Origin: Octopus vulgaris
Taxonomy: Eukaryota
Assembly (NCBI GenBank): GCA_951406725.2
Contig: OX597814.1
Location: 115,816,001 to 115,880,000 of the forward strand
Length of the DNA stretch: 64,000 bases
Direction: 5' to 3'
Shown: positions 12,769 to 26,027 of the stretch, piece by piece
How the letters are laid out: the number at the start of each line of letters is the position of its first letter
Position numbering within the stretch: the first letter of the stretch is position 1
Translations under genes and position numbers: made by a program
Notes under the pieces: model-generated
The model's input: the letters and a program-made list of their open reading frames with translations, nothing else
The model's database searches: none
What the model was told of the DNA's origin: nothing

Positions 12769-13831
12769 TTAATCCTTTTGTTACCATATTTCTGTTGAGA
12801 TGATTTGTGTTTCAATTAATTTGAAATTGATTATCTTCAAGCATAAATACATACATAGAGATGCTACATATGCTACTGTGTGTGTGTGTGTACAATGATG
12901 GATTCAGGGGTTTCGTTTGCTTGCGAGTTGATTTCTTAATTTCACCGGGGTAGGTCAATGATTTTGAAAATAATTTTGATTGATCATTTGCAAGGGACTA
13001 CAGTGTAGCTTTTATATGTTTTGAGGCACTTTGAAAGAAAAATAATAGGTATTCATCTCATATATGTGTTCTTGCATATACACACCTACAAGGTTGTATA
13101 TAATGTTATGTATACGTAAAGAACAATAAGTAAAGAAGGGTTTTACAGTTTCTGATATCTTGCGTGAGATTCTGTTTTCCATCATGTACAGGGTTTTTCA
13201 CTTGTGGTTAGTTCATATGGTAAGGTGCATACGGTAAGATTCTCCTCTTGGACAGGATGCCAGTCCATCACGACTTGTTACTTAATATAATCGAATAATC
13301 CGAGAGGTGCACCGAGCGATTATTGAATAACAAGTGAGCATAGATGAGCTGTTGAATTGAAAGGACAGGAGTATCGATCCGTTGAGTCTCATGAAGCCCA
13401 TTGAGAAATTGAATGTATTCCAGTGAACAGACACAAATATCGACCTTTGGTCAATCATCAAGAGAGTGGATACGGGCATTGAGCTCCTGAATGTGTTCGG
13501 AATACTGAAACGTAATACAGCCGAGGGAAGCCAAGTAATGAAACATGAGAGTTTTGGAAAATTTGTACAGTTGGGTACTTATTATTTGTACTTATTATTA
13601 AGCAGGCAAGTAGGCTGTTGTACCGCGAGTAAGAAGGTTGGCAAGTGTAGTAGTGACCGGAGATGGTTAGGTCTTTATATGTGTATGGAAGGAGAGAAAA
13701 TAGTAGTTCAGTAAAGGAGAAGTTGTAAGACTGAGAAGTAGTGGGAGAAAGTAATAGCAATGAGAGAGAGGAATATTGCTATTAATAATTAAGGCGAAGT
13801 AGTGGTTGAATACTGAAGTCCACACAAACAC

Positions 13832-14254
13832 ACGAGCGACAGGTTAGTTTTTTCGTCTGCGTTGGTGAAAAAAGTGACGAGCGACAGGTTAGTTTTTTCG
13901 TCTGCGTTGGTGAAAAAAGTGATGAGCGACAGGTTAGTTTTTTCGTCTGCGTTGGTGAAAAAAGTGACGAGCGACAGGTTAGTTTTTTCGTCTGCGTTGG
14001 TGAAAAAAGTGACGAGCGACAGGTTAGTTTTTTCGTCTGCGTTGGTGAAAAAAGTGACGAGCGACAGGTTAGTTTTTTCGTCTGCGTTGGTGAAAAAAGT
14101 GACGAGCGACAGGTTAGTTTTTTCGTCTGCGTTGGTGAAAAAAGTGACGAGCGACAGGTTAGTTTTTTCGTCTGCGTTGGTGAAAAAAGTGACGAGCGAC
14201 AGGTTAGTTTTTTCGTCTGCGTTGGTGAAAAAAGTGACGAGCGACAGGTTAGTT
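13832..14254. repeat. 45-bp tandem repeat, ~9.4 almost identical copies
   Basis: Unit AGCGACAGGTTAGTTTTTTCGTCTGCGTTGGTGAAAAAAGTGACG, with no spacers. Confidence 0.97.
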
Positions 14255-14330
14255 GGGTACTTATTATTTGTACTTATTATTAAGCAGGCAAGTAGGCTGT
14301 TGTACCGCGAGTAAGAAGGTTGGCAAGTGT

Positions 14331-16078
14331 TGATTCTTTATTACCCACTAGGGGCGACACAGAGGGGGACACCAAAAGACATGGGGACATAGAACATTAT
14401 AATTAAAATTTATGAAAAATGAATTAAGTGAAAGAAAATGATATTATGAAAGCGATACTAACGGCCCCGTCCGTTAGCATCACTTACCTGTCCTTTGTTT
14501 TTCATCGTCACTTGAATGTTCTTTGCCAATACGAATAAATTCCATATCCATTCTTACTCCGAAATACTCATCCATATTTTCCACGAATTCATCGCTCATT
14601 CTTATATCTTTCACCTCCCAATTCTCCCTTTCACACCTCACCATAAACTCATCTATGTTCTTCTTTTCAATCACAGCATACCTAGTCTCACCAACTTCAT
14701 ACCATTTATACTCTTCCATTAGACTTTTAACTTCTTTCTGTTCAGTCATAGTACAAATGTACGGCCTGATATCGATTTCAATCTCTTGTCTGTGTGTATT
14801 ATTTTTTTTCTTTTGTTTTCTTGTTGGGGGGGAGCGGGTGGGTTCAATGTCTGCATGGATAGGGTGGGACTCAGAGGGTGTGGGTGGTTTTGGGGTAGAT
14901 TGGTGTTCCATGTTATTTTCTTTTCTTCGTATTCTTCTCTTCCTCTTATTTCCAGCTTCCTTCCATTTCTGTGTATTCTCTTCCTCTTCTACTGTCTCCT
15001 TCTCCTCTGGTTTCTGCTTCTCTCTGTGTGGTTCGGAATCCATTTCTTTCCCTGGGGGAGACAGAAGGCTCTTATGTGACCCCTCAGGCCACACTTGTAA
15101 CAACGTGGAGCTCTGCCCTCCACCCACACTCTCATGATCACGTCTCCCAATCTGATGCTTTCCGCCAGGTCCACCAGTACCTCGGTCTCTGCCTGTACGT
15201 TCAGCTCCACTGTTACGCCTCTCCAGCCCTCGGACTTAACCGAGGCATGGAGAATATCCACTTCGTCCTCGTGGCCGCTGATCACAGCCGCCACAATCCA
15301 CTCTGCCTCCACGTTTGGTGGCACTCCCTCCACCCTTATTCGTGTAATCCTTCTGTTTAAATACGTAGGTAAAAGTGTTACCTTTTCTGACTTCACCGCC
15401 TTCGCCGCCATCTTCCTCGCTGCAGACTCACTTTTAAAATGCACAACTACGGTACCGTACTTGGATCCTCGAGTCAGAAAATTAATTTCCTCCTTAGTTC
15501 TTCGCAGGGCCTCCTCTATCCACTCCATGGTTACAACTTCTACCCTCTTCCTTTCGTTTGCGAACACCCTGTAAATAATGGTCCTCTTATCATACCATTC
15601 TTTTCTCCTGGGTGTCGGTGCTAGTTCCACCTCACCGCTTTCCTTTTTCATGTATTTCTGGTAACTTGGTAGCTTGGCCAAGTCGACCCCTTTCTCTTCC
15701 GCCTTCTTGGTTACACCGGCATAGGTATAACCCAGCTTCTCGTCCAATTTCCTTGCTGCCATTTCTAGCTCCTTCTCAGACGTAGACAAGTCTGATAAAG
15801 ACTCGAAAACTCTAGCCTTTTCTTCCATCAGCTTCATTGTAATTGCCTGTTCCAGTTCCTCATCTGTCGTGGACAAGTCTGTTAGAGACTCATAGTCCAT
15901 TTCCTTCTGTCTGACAGACCGAAAACGGCCGCCAAAACAGAAAAAGTGTAACGCGCAGAACGAGCGAAACGCGAAACCGCATCAACGCCGTTCTGAATTT
16001 CCACAACAACAACAACGCTTTTTGTTCTTTTTTACCGAATTTTCAGGAGCCGAAAAAAACACAACCGACCAAATGGTT
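14331..16078 (-). mobile_element. ORF1-only non-autonomous non-LTR retroelement (HAL1-like), element A
   Basis: One gag-like ORF (15900-14480, one frameshift in a C-run at ~15055) with a CYKCGLRGHIRAFC knuckle and no EN/RT. It ends in the shared tail GCCCCTAGTGGGTAATAAAGAATC. Confidence 0.8.
14480..15900 (-). CDS. ORF1/gag-like protein (RRM-like region, CCHC zinc knuckle, charged linker, C-terminal domain); one frameshift
   Basis: Join of ORFs 14989-15900 and 14480-15127. The motifs RGSKYGTVVVHF and VEGRAPRC are shared with the other ORF1s in the window. Confidence 0.75.
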
Positions 16079-16140
16079 TGGTTGAATACTGAAGTCCACA
16101 CAAACACACACGCTCTCTCTCTTCATTGCCGACAAACACA

Positions 16141-16605
16141 TGCTCGCATGCTCTTTTGCTTTTTGTGGAGGGGTAGCAGACCTCTTGTAAGGCACTCTAT
16201 CTGCTGCCAAAAGCTGCTAAATGGTGGATTAGGGATGTCGTGGCTAAAAATGCGCAGACATGTGCTCAGGCTTAGGTACCTCTCGCTTTACCTGGACGGT
16301 GAGCAGGTGTGGTTTCTGTTCGTCAAGCTGTTATTCCCACAGTTCACGTCGTTTACCAAACTGAACCCATGGATCAAGTGTAGACCGAGGTTGGGCATGT
16401 GGCAGGCAGAGTGCCATTAGGCACTCGTGCTTCTCTCCCAGTTGGGCAACGCCGGTGGCGGGGGTACTGCCTCGTTCTTCTATAGAGGGTTAGTAGAGTT
16501 TAAGTGTGACGACATCCTGGGAGAAGCCCTAGGCTTTGACGAAGATCAACTGGCCAGCCTGTTCCAAAGAACATTCGGGCCGGGGCCTATGGATAATTAC
16601 CAGAA
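16141..16605 (+). mobile_element. Tx1/L1-clade LINE ORF2 fragment (post-RT region)
   Basis: LFCFLWRGSRPLVRHSICCQKLLNGGLGMSWL, paralogous to 17895-18030. Confidence 0.75.
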
Positions 16606-16606
16606 C

Positions 16607-19290
16607 ATATATAGATAGGGTTTTAATTAGAAAAACAGATAAGTGCATAGTTAAGTGTCCACAATTTCATCTAGTCAGCTACAGTGATCACAAGATGGTT
16701 ACCTGTAAGCTGACAGTAGATAAGTTACATTGACAGGGATCTGGATACTGGAAACTCAATACATTCCTTTTGGCGATTGAGGAGTACAGAAAGCAGATCA
16801 AGAAGTTAATTCAGAGGGCATTGACAGGTACCATCATTAATAATAAAAGTTGGTACGCCCTAAAATGAGCCATAAAATATGAGTCTATTAGGTTTAACAT
16901 AAGTTTAGCGAAGAAGGAAGGTAGAATAAGAGATGGTATAGTTAAAGCAGTGAAGGCGCGTGGCTTATTGGTTTGGGCATTCGGCTCACGATCGTAAGGT
17001 TGTGAGTTTGATTCCCGGCGACGCGTTGTGTCCTTGAGCAAGACACTTTATTTCACGTTGCTCCAGTCCACTCAGCTGGCAAAAATGAGTTGTACTTGTA
17101 TTTCAAAGGGTCAGCCTTGTCACTCTCTGTGTCACGCTGATTATCCCCGAGAACTATGTTAAGGGTACACGTGTCTGTGGAATGCTCAGCCATTTGCGCG
17201 TTAATTTCACGAGCAGGCTGTTCCGTTGATCGTATCAGCTGGGACCCTCGTCGTCGTAACCGGCGGAGTCTTTAGAATAGTTAAAGGGGATGGTAAAACG
17301 GATAGGTCACCGGGACATGATGGTCTTTCTTACGAGGTATATAAATGTATGCCAGACTTGTTCGGGCACCTACTGGCTAATGTGTACCTGAATGGCAACA
17401 GAAAGGGTTAATCCCCAGATCTGTGCGTCGGGGAGTGGTGACGTTGATCAGAAAGGACCCGAACAAGGGGGACGTTTTAGATCATTTCAGGCCCATCACT
17501 CTGTTAAACGCAGAAGGGAAGATTTTGGCCAAGGTTTTAGCAAAAAGACTGGCGCGTGTCGTGAATGGTATAGTCGGGGAGGCAAAGACATGTGCTATCC
17601 CAAGCAGAATCATTCAGGATAATCTCCATCGATGCCTTCAGACAGCGTTGTTGGGTGCTGGACGGAGGGACCGGTTAAATTGCTAGGAGTCTGGTTTGGA
17701 CCAGGCTTCCAGATAGAGAAGAACTGGACGGAGGTTTATAGTAGGGTAGCTGCAATAGTCAAGACCTGGTCTCGGCAGTGGTTATCCTTGAAATGGAGGG
17801 CAGAGGTGGCCAATGTGTTTATCGCATCTGTCATTATCTACTACCTGATCGTCGTGCCCTGTCCGAATTCGTGGGTGATCAGGTTGGAGAGACAACTCTT
17901 TCGCTTTTTGTGGAAGGGAAAGTCACCACTTGTGAAACGCTCTATCTGTTGTCAGAAGCTGTTGAAGGGAATTTTAGGGATACCTTGGTTAATGATGCAC
18001 ATACATGCGTTGAGGTTGAGGCATCTCTAGATTCTCCTGGGTGGTGAACGGGTGTGGTCTCCGCTGGATAGACAAATGTTCCCCGAGTTCAAAAGTTTTT
18101 GTGAACAGGAAGCCTGGTGTTCTCGTAGACCGAGGTCGAGTAAGTGGCATATAAGGGTGTCGTAAGGCCCTCCTGCTATTCCAGCGCTCTGGCAACGCCA
18201 GCGGTTGGGGTTCTACACGTTTTTCATATAGTGGGATGGTAGAGTCTGAATGTGACGAGGGCCTGGGAGCGACTCTAGGTCTCGGGTATATTCAACTTGA
18301 CAGTCTATTCCACCGTACATTCGGGTTGAGAACATTGGACTATTTCCAAAAGTCCTTGATCTGGCAATGTTACAGGGGCGCCTTGCCCGTTTGGGATAAA
18401 CTCGCAAGACATGGAAAGTCTCACTCTCCGACCTGTCCAAGATGCGGGTGGGGGGACCGTCCTTCACGCTATTGTCCAGTGCCCGGAGATATCTGAAATG
18501 TAGATTTATACTGAACATCAGTTGTCCGGCGAAGGGGGAGTACAGCTGTCGACTGGGTCAATTGTAAAAATGACCGACCGGAATTTTTAACAAATGAACG
18601 TAAGAATTGTTTTCTCACTGTTGTTGCAATAGCGAAAGAGGCAGTATGGAAGACTAGGATAAAAGGGATTAAGACGGGTAACTTTATCTCCGGCCACGAG
18701 TCAAGATTGTTTTTCACTTTTCACTTGAAAAGGAAGGTGTGGCTGTTGTTGTTGTTAAGCAACAAGACAGGTAAGGGTGATTAGGTGATGGTCTATGGCT
18801 TAGGGGCGGGAGACCCCATACCTTGAAAAAAAAAAACTTTGGCCGTCTTGTTGTAGTCGGGGCTCTTCGTTGACGCCCGACACCACAGGGAGGTGGCCCT
18901 CAAAGTCGCTGGAAATGGAGATCTTCAGGTTCAAATTCTTGGACGGCGGAAGGTGTAGCTGGAGAAGAGATGCCTGTCGGAGATTGTGTTAAAAAATAGA
19001 TGGAAGCATGTTGCACGAGTGCTGTGCGTGCAAGGAACCATGTGAATAGGCTATAGAAGAAAAACAAGAGATGAAAGAAGTACCAGCGATAGATCGGGGC
19101 TTATGAGGTCGGAGCGTGGCCTGATCATCGCTACATTTCTGTCTTGTTTGTATTGTGTATCTCATTCGATTCTTATATATTTTATATAATTTTATTTTCA
19201 GATTTATGTAATATCATAACATGTTACTGACCGCAATCAGTTGTTTTGTCCCATTCTTTGTATTGACCCCTGTGGGTAATAAAGAAATTG
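16607..19290 (+). mobile_element. Internally deleted, degraded Tx1/L1-clade LINE (EN C-terminus, RT N-part, C-terminal region, 3' UTR and tail)
   Basis: YIDRVLI...YSDHKMV...GYWKLN; SPGHDGL; FRPITLLNAEGKILAKVLAKRL; VKLLGVWFG; CPRCG. The YADD-containing RT core is missing. The tail is GACCCCTGTGGGTAATAAAGAAAT. Confidence 0.85.
16948..17276 (+). mobile_element. tRNA-derived SINE inserted in the LINE
   Basis: A/B boxes and a 10-bp TSD ATAGTTAAAG (16938-16947, 17277-17286). Confidence 0.85.
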
Positions 19291-19526
19291 AAATTGGTAT
19301 TTTGTCTGTCTTTACGTTCTGAGTTCAAATTCCGCCGACGTCGACTTTGCTTTTCATCCTTTCGGGGCGATGAATTAAGTAGCAGTTGCTGGGGTCGATC
19401 TAATCGGCTGGCCCCCTCCCTCAAAATTTCGGGCCTTGTGCCTAGAGTAGAAAAGAATGCTTGTATCAAAATATATCTTTATGTTTCCCATGGTTGCTTT
19501 CAGATTTTCGCACAAGGTGAACACAC

Positions 19527-19712
19527 TTAGAAGGGAGGAGAAAATTTAATTACAGCAACCCTCAGTGCTCAAGTGGCACATATTTCGCCGACCCCCAAAT
19601 GATGAAAAGCAAGGTCGACCTCGCGGAATTTGAGCTCAGAACATAACGAGTCGGAAGAAATGCCGTTATACATTTTGTCCGGTACGCTAACAATTCAGTA
19701 CACTCGCCGCCT
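19527..19712 (-). mobile_element. SINE of the family at 4943 (another partial copy at 19295-19457, +)
   Basis: Reverse complement of the GGCGGCGAG...GAGTTCAAATTCC SINE body. Confidence 0.65.
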
Positions 19713-20840
19713 TCTGTCAATACTTTTAAATTCTTCACTTGTTTTTCTTTCCTGACGTATCGTTTCTCTGTTGAGCTTCCGTTTAGTTATGAGTCCCTTT
19801 TATGTTTATTGATTATTCTCTTGAACTGTTTCTTTCTGAAATTCACTACCATCGTCTTGTTTTCTTCTGCACTATGATATTTAGTTAAGCAAGGTTTCTG
19901 TCTATTGATACCGACTGAATCCATAGGTTCCTTTTCCCCACTTCTTATTTGTTACTTACGCTACTGTGGCATCAAGCATTTTAGGGGAACAAAATCCTAT
20001 TAAAATATGTATTTACCAAAATGTTTATCAATATTTCTGTATATAACTTTAGACATTTGACTCACCGTAGCTCCTCATCTAATAAAAAAAATAATATAAA
20101 CTATGATAATACCGTAGATTACTAGTAAAGCATCGAAATTTACAAATTGATTTTATAATTACAACTGTATTTTCTATCCATAATATTAATTGTGAATCCT
20201 TCTCCATCAAAAAAAAAGAAAAGAAAAAAAAAGTAAAACAGCAACAAACACAAAAAAACAAATAAAAATTAAGTATATCCTGCTTATCGATTTTTATATC
20301 GGAACAAGTATTTTTGGCTCAGCTTAGAAGTCCGGAGCATTTGTCACCGAAGAGATCAAATCATATTGGAACACTGTGTCAGGCGATCCAATGGTGTAGT
20401 TCATTCTCACTGTTTTCTCACTATTGTTGCAATAGCGAAAGAGGCAGTATGGAAGACTAGGATAAAAGGGATTAAGACGAGTAACTTTATCTCCGGCCAC
20501 GAGTCAAGATTGTTTTTCACTTTTCACTTGAAATGGAAGGTGTAGCTGTTGTTGTTTCATTCAACCAATTGAGCTCAGAACTTAACGAGTCGGAAGAAAT
20601 GCCGTTATGCATTTTGTCCGGCACGCTAACGATTCTGTACGCTGGCCGCCTTCTGTCAATACTTTTAAATTCTTCACTTGTTTTTCTTTCCTGACGTATC
20701 GTTTCTCTGTTGAGCTTCCGTTTAGTTATGAGTCCCTTTCACTAACCACGAGAGAATGAAAGCAAGTAGACCACAACAGAAAAACATTAAAGAAAAGACA
20801 GCCGGGGAAATTTCTGTTATTTTTATAACTCTTAAAATTA

Positions 20841-21246
20841 TTAAAATTCCATATCATAAACCACAATTCCTGATGACTGATAACCTATTTGTTCATGGAC
20901 ACTAATAGAAAGAATATTTTCTGGTTGAATTTTGACACTTGGCGTTATTCCTGCTTCAATATACTTAGCTGATAACATAGAGATCAGCGCTTTTGTGCAG
21001 CCTCGTCCGCGATAATTAGCATTGACATGTAGATACCCGATGGTTCCACAATCGGTCCCCAATCCATAAGCAACTACTTTCTCAATGGAATTACACAAAC
21101 ACACATTTAGGAACGTGTTTATAAGAACATTGATATATTCCTTAGTACTGTCCACTTGTTCGGTTGAAGATTGTTCCCAGGTGTCTGCGATATCGTCCAA
21201 ATGTTCTGTGGTAAGGATTCCTACGTTCAGATTTGTTGGTGCTACA
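20841..21246 (-). CDS. GNAT-family (glycine N-acyltransferase/FR47-like) terminal exon, copy 1
   Basis: Motif A GTIGYLHVNANYRGRGCTK and motif B ENILSISVHEQIGY. Acceptor CTTTTCTTTTGCAG, stop TAA. Confidence 0.8.
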
Positions 21247-22159
21247 CTGCAAAAGAAAAGACTTGAGCATTAACGACACTTCTATTATGATCTTCGTTAC
21301 TTTATAATTATCATCAATGAATATCTCATTAGGATTTATAATTATCATGAATAAGTACCACGTTAAAAATGACAGTAAAATAAGATATATTCGCATTAGG
21401 AGATAATTAACGCCTTCACAAGTGGTTTACGCACATACTAACACCTTCACAATGTCTAAGGTGTGTTTATTTGAGAAATGATTTGACTTGATATTTTAAG
21501 TCGCATCTGAAACAATTAGGTCAATGAGGAGCCATGAACACATGCATAAACAAGTTTGTGTGGCTGTAGGTGCGATTGTGTGGTTATTAGTTTAGTTGTA
21601 AGGTCGCTGGCCTGGCTCTGGTTGAATGCAGGGTTTGCGTAGTCGCAAATCTCTCATGTACTGCTTCCAAGTTCCACATCGTAGTACAGTGCCTCACTTG
21701 ACGGACTAAAGCACATGATGGTCTGGTGTTGACACTGCATCACCGGACGAGCTATGGCAACGGCCAGGGCGGAGGAGTCTTAATGGGACCAACAACCAGG
21801 TGTCCGTGACTGGATGCGACCCACACTATACTTCTTCGACATCGGCTAGCAGTCAAAAGAGACAGCTCCACTTACAGTGTCTTTCATAGATGCAAGTGCT
21901 TGGGCTTCAGGTTAGCACCCCGTCCTCGTTGAAATCTCATACTATGAAAATAGTTCGAAGTGGAAACTCTGACTACCTCATGTGTCTCCCGACCTTGGGG
22001 CACCTGAGTCTAAAGTCTTAATCACAGGTAGTTCTGTGTTGTATAAAAGCCAACTAAAGAGATAACAGTTACATTGATTCTTTCTTTAGGCAATGGTTAT
22101 ATGCAAATATTTCTTCTCCCAAAGGAATCAAATGAAATCAAAATATAATTTTTAGTTAC

Positions 22160-22277
22160 CTGCTTTGAAGGGAATTTTCGTCTAAATGATACAAGTTGTA
22201 CATCTCGCATTTTTTAACAAATTTGTCTTTAGATTTCATATATTCTTCTACAACAGTTTTTCTTTCAGAGAGAATGG
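22160..22277 (-). CDS. GNAT-like penultimate exon, copy 1
   Basis: Bounded by AG/GT, open (ILSERKTVVEEYMKSK...LDENSLQS), and its phase-2 end matches the terminal exon. Confidence 0.6.
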
Positions 22278-22395
22278 CTGAATTGAGAGAGAGATAGAAG
22301 AAAAGGTGACACCGCATTAGTAATTCTACATTTCCCTCCTTTCACGATAAATATTTATAGTATATGATATAATACTATACACATGCACGTATATA

Positions 22396-23260
22396 CGAGA
22401 GGGTGCTGTAAAGTTCCTGGATTTAAGAGTAACGCGAAAAGGTAGAGCTGTTACCTTTACAGGGGAAGAAGGACAACTGTTAAGGAGAAGATATGCAAAA
22501 AATCATGATGGTATACTATATTTTTATTTTTATTTTTGCAGATTTAACGTATGATTGCAGGTCCCACAGTGGATTTGGGTAAAACTGAAGCACATCGTGT
22601 TATGAAGTTCTTCTTTTTGTAAAGCAAAGTAGCTGCGGAAAACCATGGCGAGATAAAGGAAATTTTGAAAGCTGACTGCCCATCTTACTCCACAGTAAAA
22701 ATCTGGGTGCCAATGTTTCGGACTGGTAATCAACTTCCCCGACTACGGAGGACAAAGCCGACTCTGTGCACGTCATCATGCTCGAGGACCGCCGGATTTC
22801 AACTAAAGTCATAGCTGAAACTATGGGGATTTTGTGCGAAAGAATTGGTCACATCATCCATAAAATTATTCTGGACATGAGAAAGCTTTCAACGCAATGG
22901 GTGCCGAAATACCTGAACGCAGATCAGACGCGTTTTAGAGTGACGACATCAAAGGCGATTCTGGATCGGTTACAACAGGCGAAGCTGATTTTATGGCAAG
23001 CTTAATCTCCCTGGATGAAAGCAGGTTTCACCATTGTGACCCTCAGACTAAGCAGCAATCAATGGAAGGACGAAACAGCGGTTCAACGCGTCTCAAGAAG
23101 TTTCGGACCTAGAAGTTAGCCAAAAAGGTTCTGGCTTCAGTGTTCTGGGAGAAAGACGGGATACTCCTCATAAAATACATACCAAATGGTCGCACCATCA
23201 ATGCAGAATACCACATGTCTCTTTTAGACGAACTGTGTGATGCTTTGGAGCAGAAACACT
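22396..23260 (+). mobile_element. Degraded mariner transposon (left TIR and transposase relic)
   Basis: TA|CGAGAGGGTGCTG(T/A)AAAGTTCC end; RKLSTQWVPKYL, LDESRFHH, KVLASVFW, TINAEY motifs with stops and frameshifts. Confidence 0.85.
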
Positions 23261-24589
23261 GAACCGTTCCAAAGTGATAAAAGTGAGACTAAATTCTTTT
23301 CAAAACAGACCAAAATCGAAACCGGATTGCAGGTTATGCCTCGAAGTAACTTACCGTTTATTCCGTGACGTTCACCGTAATTTTTTAAATAAAGAACAAA
23401 AAAAAAAGTTTTTTAAATTATAAGTTTTTTTTCCGATTAGATGCGTCTCTGGTATATTTCCCACTGAATTCCTTGTCTAGAGAATTACAGTCATACTCAC
23501 TCCAGTCTTTTATGGTTTACTTTTATCTTTCACAGTGATTAGATTGCGGTCATGCTAGAGCACTGCTTTTAATGATGTAGTCAAACAAATAATTTAAAAC
23601 TGAGTAGTTTTTGCGCCAGTCTTTTTTTGGGTGTTGGTTCTGAATCGCTAAGTTATGGGAAAAGGACGTCAATAAAACCACTACTGGTTGTCAAGTTGTG
23701 CTCTCTCTCTCTCTCACGTACATGCGCGCGCGACAGGCTTGTTTCAGTTTCCCTCTGCGAAATTCACTCACAATGCTTTAGTTGGGTTATAGTAGAAGAC
23801 ATTTGCCCATGCTGCCGTACAGCGAGACTGAACCTGAAACCACTTGGTTGGGAAGCAAGTTCGTTAATCACACAACCTATGCCTATGAATAAAGTGTAAA
23901 AGAAATCCTGCAAATTTGCATACAGGCAAGCAATATTTAATAAATATAGATACGGAGCGGCGGTTTGGATTTTTATTGTGGAAATTTGCAGAATGGGTAA
24001 CCGACAGTCATCCATGCCGGTGAGACGACGTCACCCATCTGGTTCTGAGATTAGATCAGGATTTTCATCCCTAAAACGTATCACAGGAAAAAACTATTAT
24101 TTTGAAAATTTAGTTCTTGAAGGGAACAATGTAAAGAGCCTGGCTTATGTAGGGGCTTTAAAGGTAAGTGATTTGCTTTTTATTTTCCCTTTTGGTTACG
24201 AATAGTTTATATTTTTATTAACGATAAAGGTTGAAAGACAGAGGGGATAGCACAAGATGTGGGGGAATTCGCCAACGAATGATAAACGGAATATTTACAA
24301 ATTTAGAATAAAAATAACGATGAGGAAGTGAGGGACGGATGTGACCCCACAAACCACTTTCCACCGCTGGACCTTTTCAGTACTTTTATGTCATCCCTTA
24401 AGTAGACACCTTCACTTTCAACATGCATGCCACTTTCATTTTGGTTTCGAATGTGAACAAACAGAATCTTCGAAGTCACCGTCACCAGTCTTCTTGTAAA
24501 AGTATAATTATGTACTCTACGAAAAAGTGAGTAATTCTTCAGTTTAAATGTAAAATTGTTTTTTTTTATTAAGATAGTTTGACATAAAG

Positions 24590-25245
24590 CTTGCAGAATC
24601 GTTAGCATGCCGGGCGAAATGCTTAGTGGCATTTCGTCTCTCTTTACGTTCTGAGTTCAAATTCCGACGAGGTCGACTTTGCCTTTCATCCTTTCAGGAT
24701 CGATAAATTGAGCACCAGTTGCGTGCTGGAGTCGATCTAATCGACTTGCCCCCTCCCCCAAATTTCGGGCCTTGTGCCTAGAGCAGAAAAGAATATTATA
24801 TCTCAGCATGAGACGTCAAACTGGCAGAATCGTTAGCATACCGGGCAAAATGCTTAGCGGCATTTCGTCTGTTTACGTTTTGAGTTCAATGCCATTTGGG
24901 GCCGACTTTGCATTTCATCGTTTTGGGGTCGATAAACTGTCTCAGTTGAGAATTGGGGTAGCTGTACTTGACTTAACCCCTCCCCTTGTATTGCTGGTCT
25001 TGTGCCAATTTTTGAAGCCAATTACACAACACAATATAAGGCAGCGAGTTCGGAATATCGTAAAGGAGCTGGACAAAATGTTTGGCATTTTCCCTGAGTC
25101 TTTATGTTCCAAGTTCAAATTCTGCAGAGGTGAATCTTGCCTTTCATTGTCTTGGAATCGATGAAATAAGTAACAGCCGAGTACTGGGATGGATTAAATT
25201 GACTACTTCCTCTCAAAATCACTGAACTTGTGTCGAAAGTAAAAA
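24590..25245 (+). mobile_element. Cluster of three degenerate SINE copies in patatin intron 1 (duplicated at ~50942-51600)
   Basis: Repeated GCAGAATCGTTAGC...GAGTTCAAAT bodies. Confidence 0.7.
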
Positions 25246-25605
25246 GAATTATGACTCGACATAAATATAAATCCATTTGTATGCGAGTTTCAACTGCTTC
25301 CCATTATTTCTACCGATCTAAAGGAGTCAGTTCCTCTTTAAATATTTTGAATTGACACTAATCTAAATTGCTCTACCTCAGTATTTTTATCAATAGGTGC
25401 TGGACAAAGTTGGAATCTTAGGGAAACTGAAAAGATTCGCTGGTGTAGGAACTAGTGGTGTCATAGCTTCTCTATTAGCTGCCGATTTTGATTGCGATAC
25501 AGTCCAGAGGTTGTTGAACGAGCATATTGATAATTTGCTATTTGGTAAGACTTTAAATCATAAACATTTTTGTACCCTGTTGCAATTTGTTTTTTAAACT
25601 AATTT

Positions 25606-26027
25606 GGATCTTTTCGGTTTGAACAGCAGTTTTAAAAAATAATTTCCACGTAACTAAACACTTTAAAACTTCCTATCCTGGTAGAATGTGTTTCTAAAAC
25701 ATCTTTTTCTCTTGGCTTTATTGAGAAAATTCTATAGTTTGTAAGATATTTGGGTTTTTTTCTTCAATTTCTGCTATTTCAACCAATCAATGACGTCTAT
25801 TGAGGTAAAAAAAACATTGTGCCGTATGAATATGTCCCTCGTTTAAGAAACAGATTGGGTTTATTTACATTTCTGAAGACCAAAAAGATACCCTTCCCCC
25901 ACCCCTAACCTAACCCTAACCCTAAAACAGATTGAAATGCAATAGATCGATACTAGGTTCATAATTATGGGTGACAATTTCATATGACACCGCTAGAAAA
26001 AAACTGCCGTTCAAACCGAAAAGATCC
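25606..26027. mobile_element. MITE family M, chimeric copy (a half copy follows at 26226-26469)
   Basis: Both TIRs are present. The left part matches 51959-52225 and the right part matches the reverse complement of 53278-53435. Confidence 0.88.

Noticed and set aside
13832-14254. CRISPR-like array, or a 150-aa repeat protein
   Set aside because: The units are contiguous with no unique spacers, no cas genes are present and the context is eukaryotic. The ORF exists only because the unit is 45 bp without stops.
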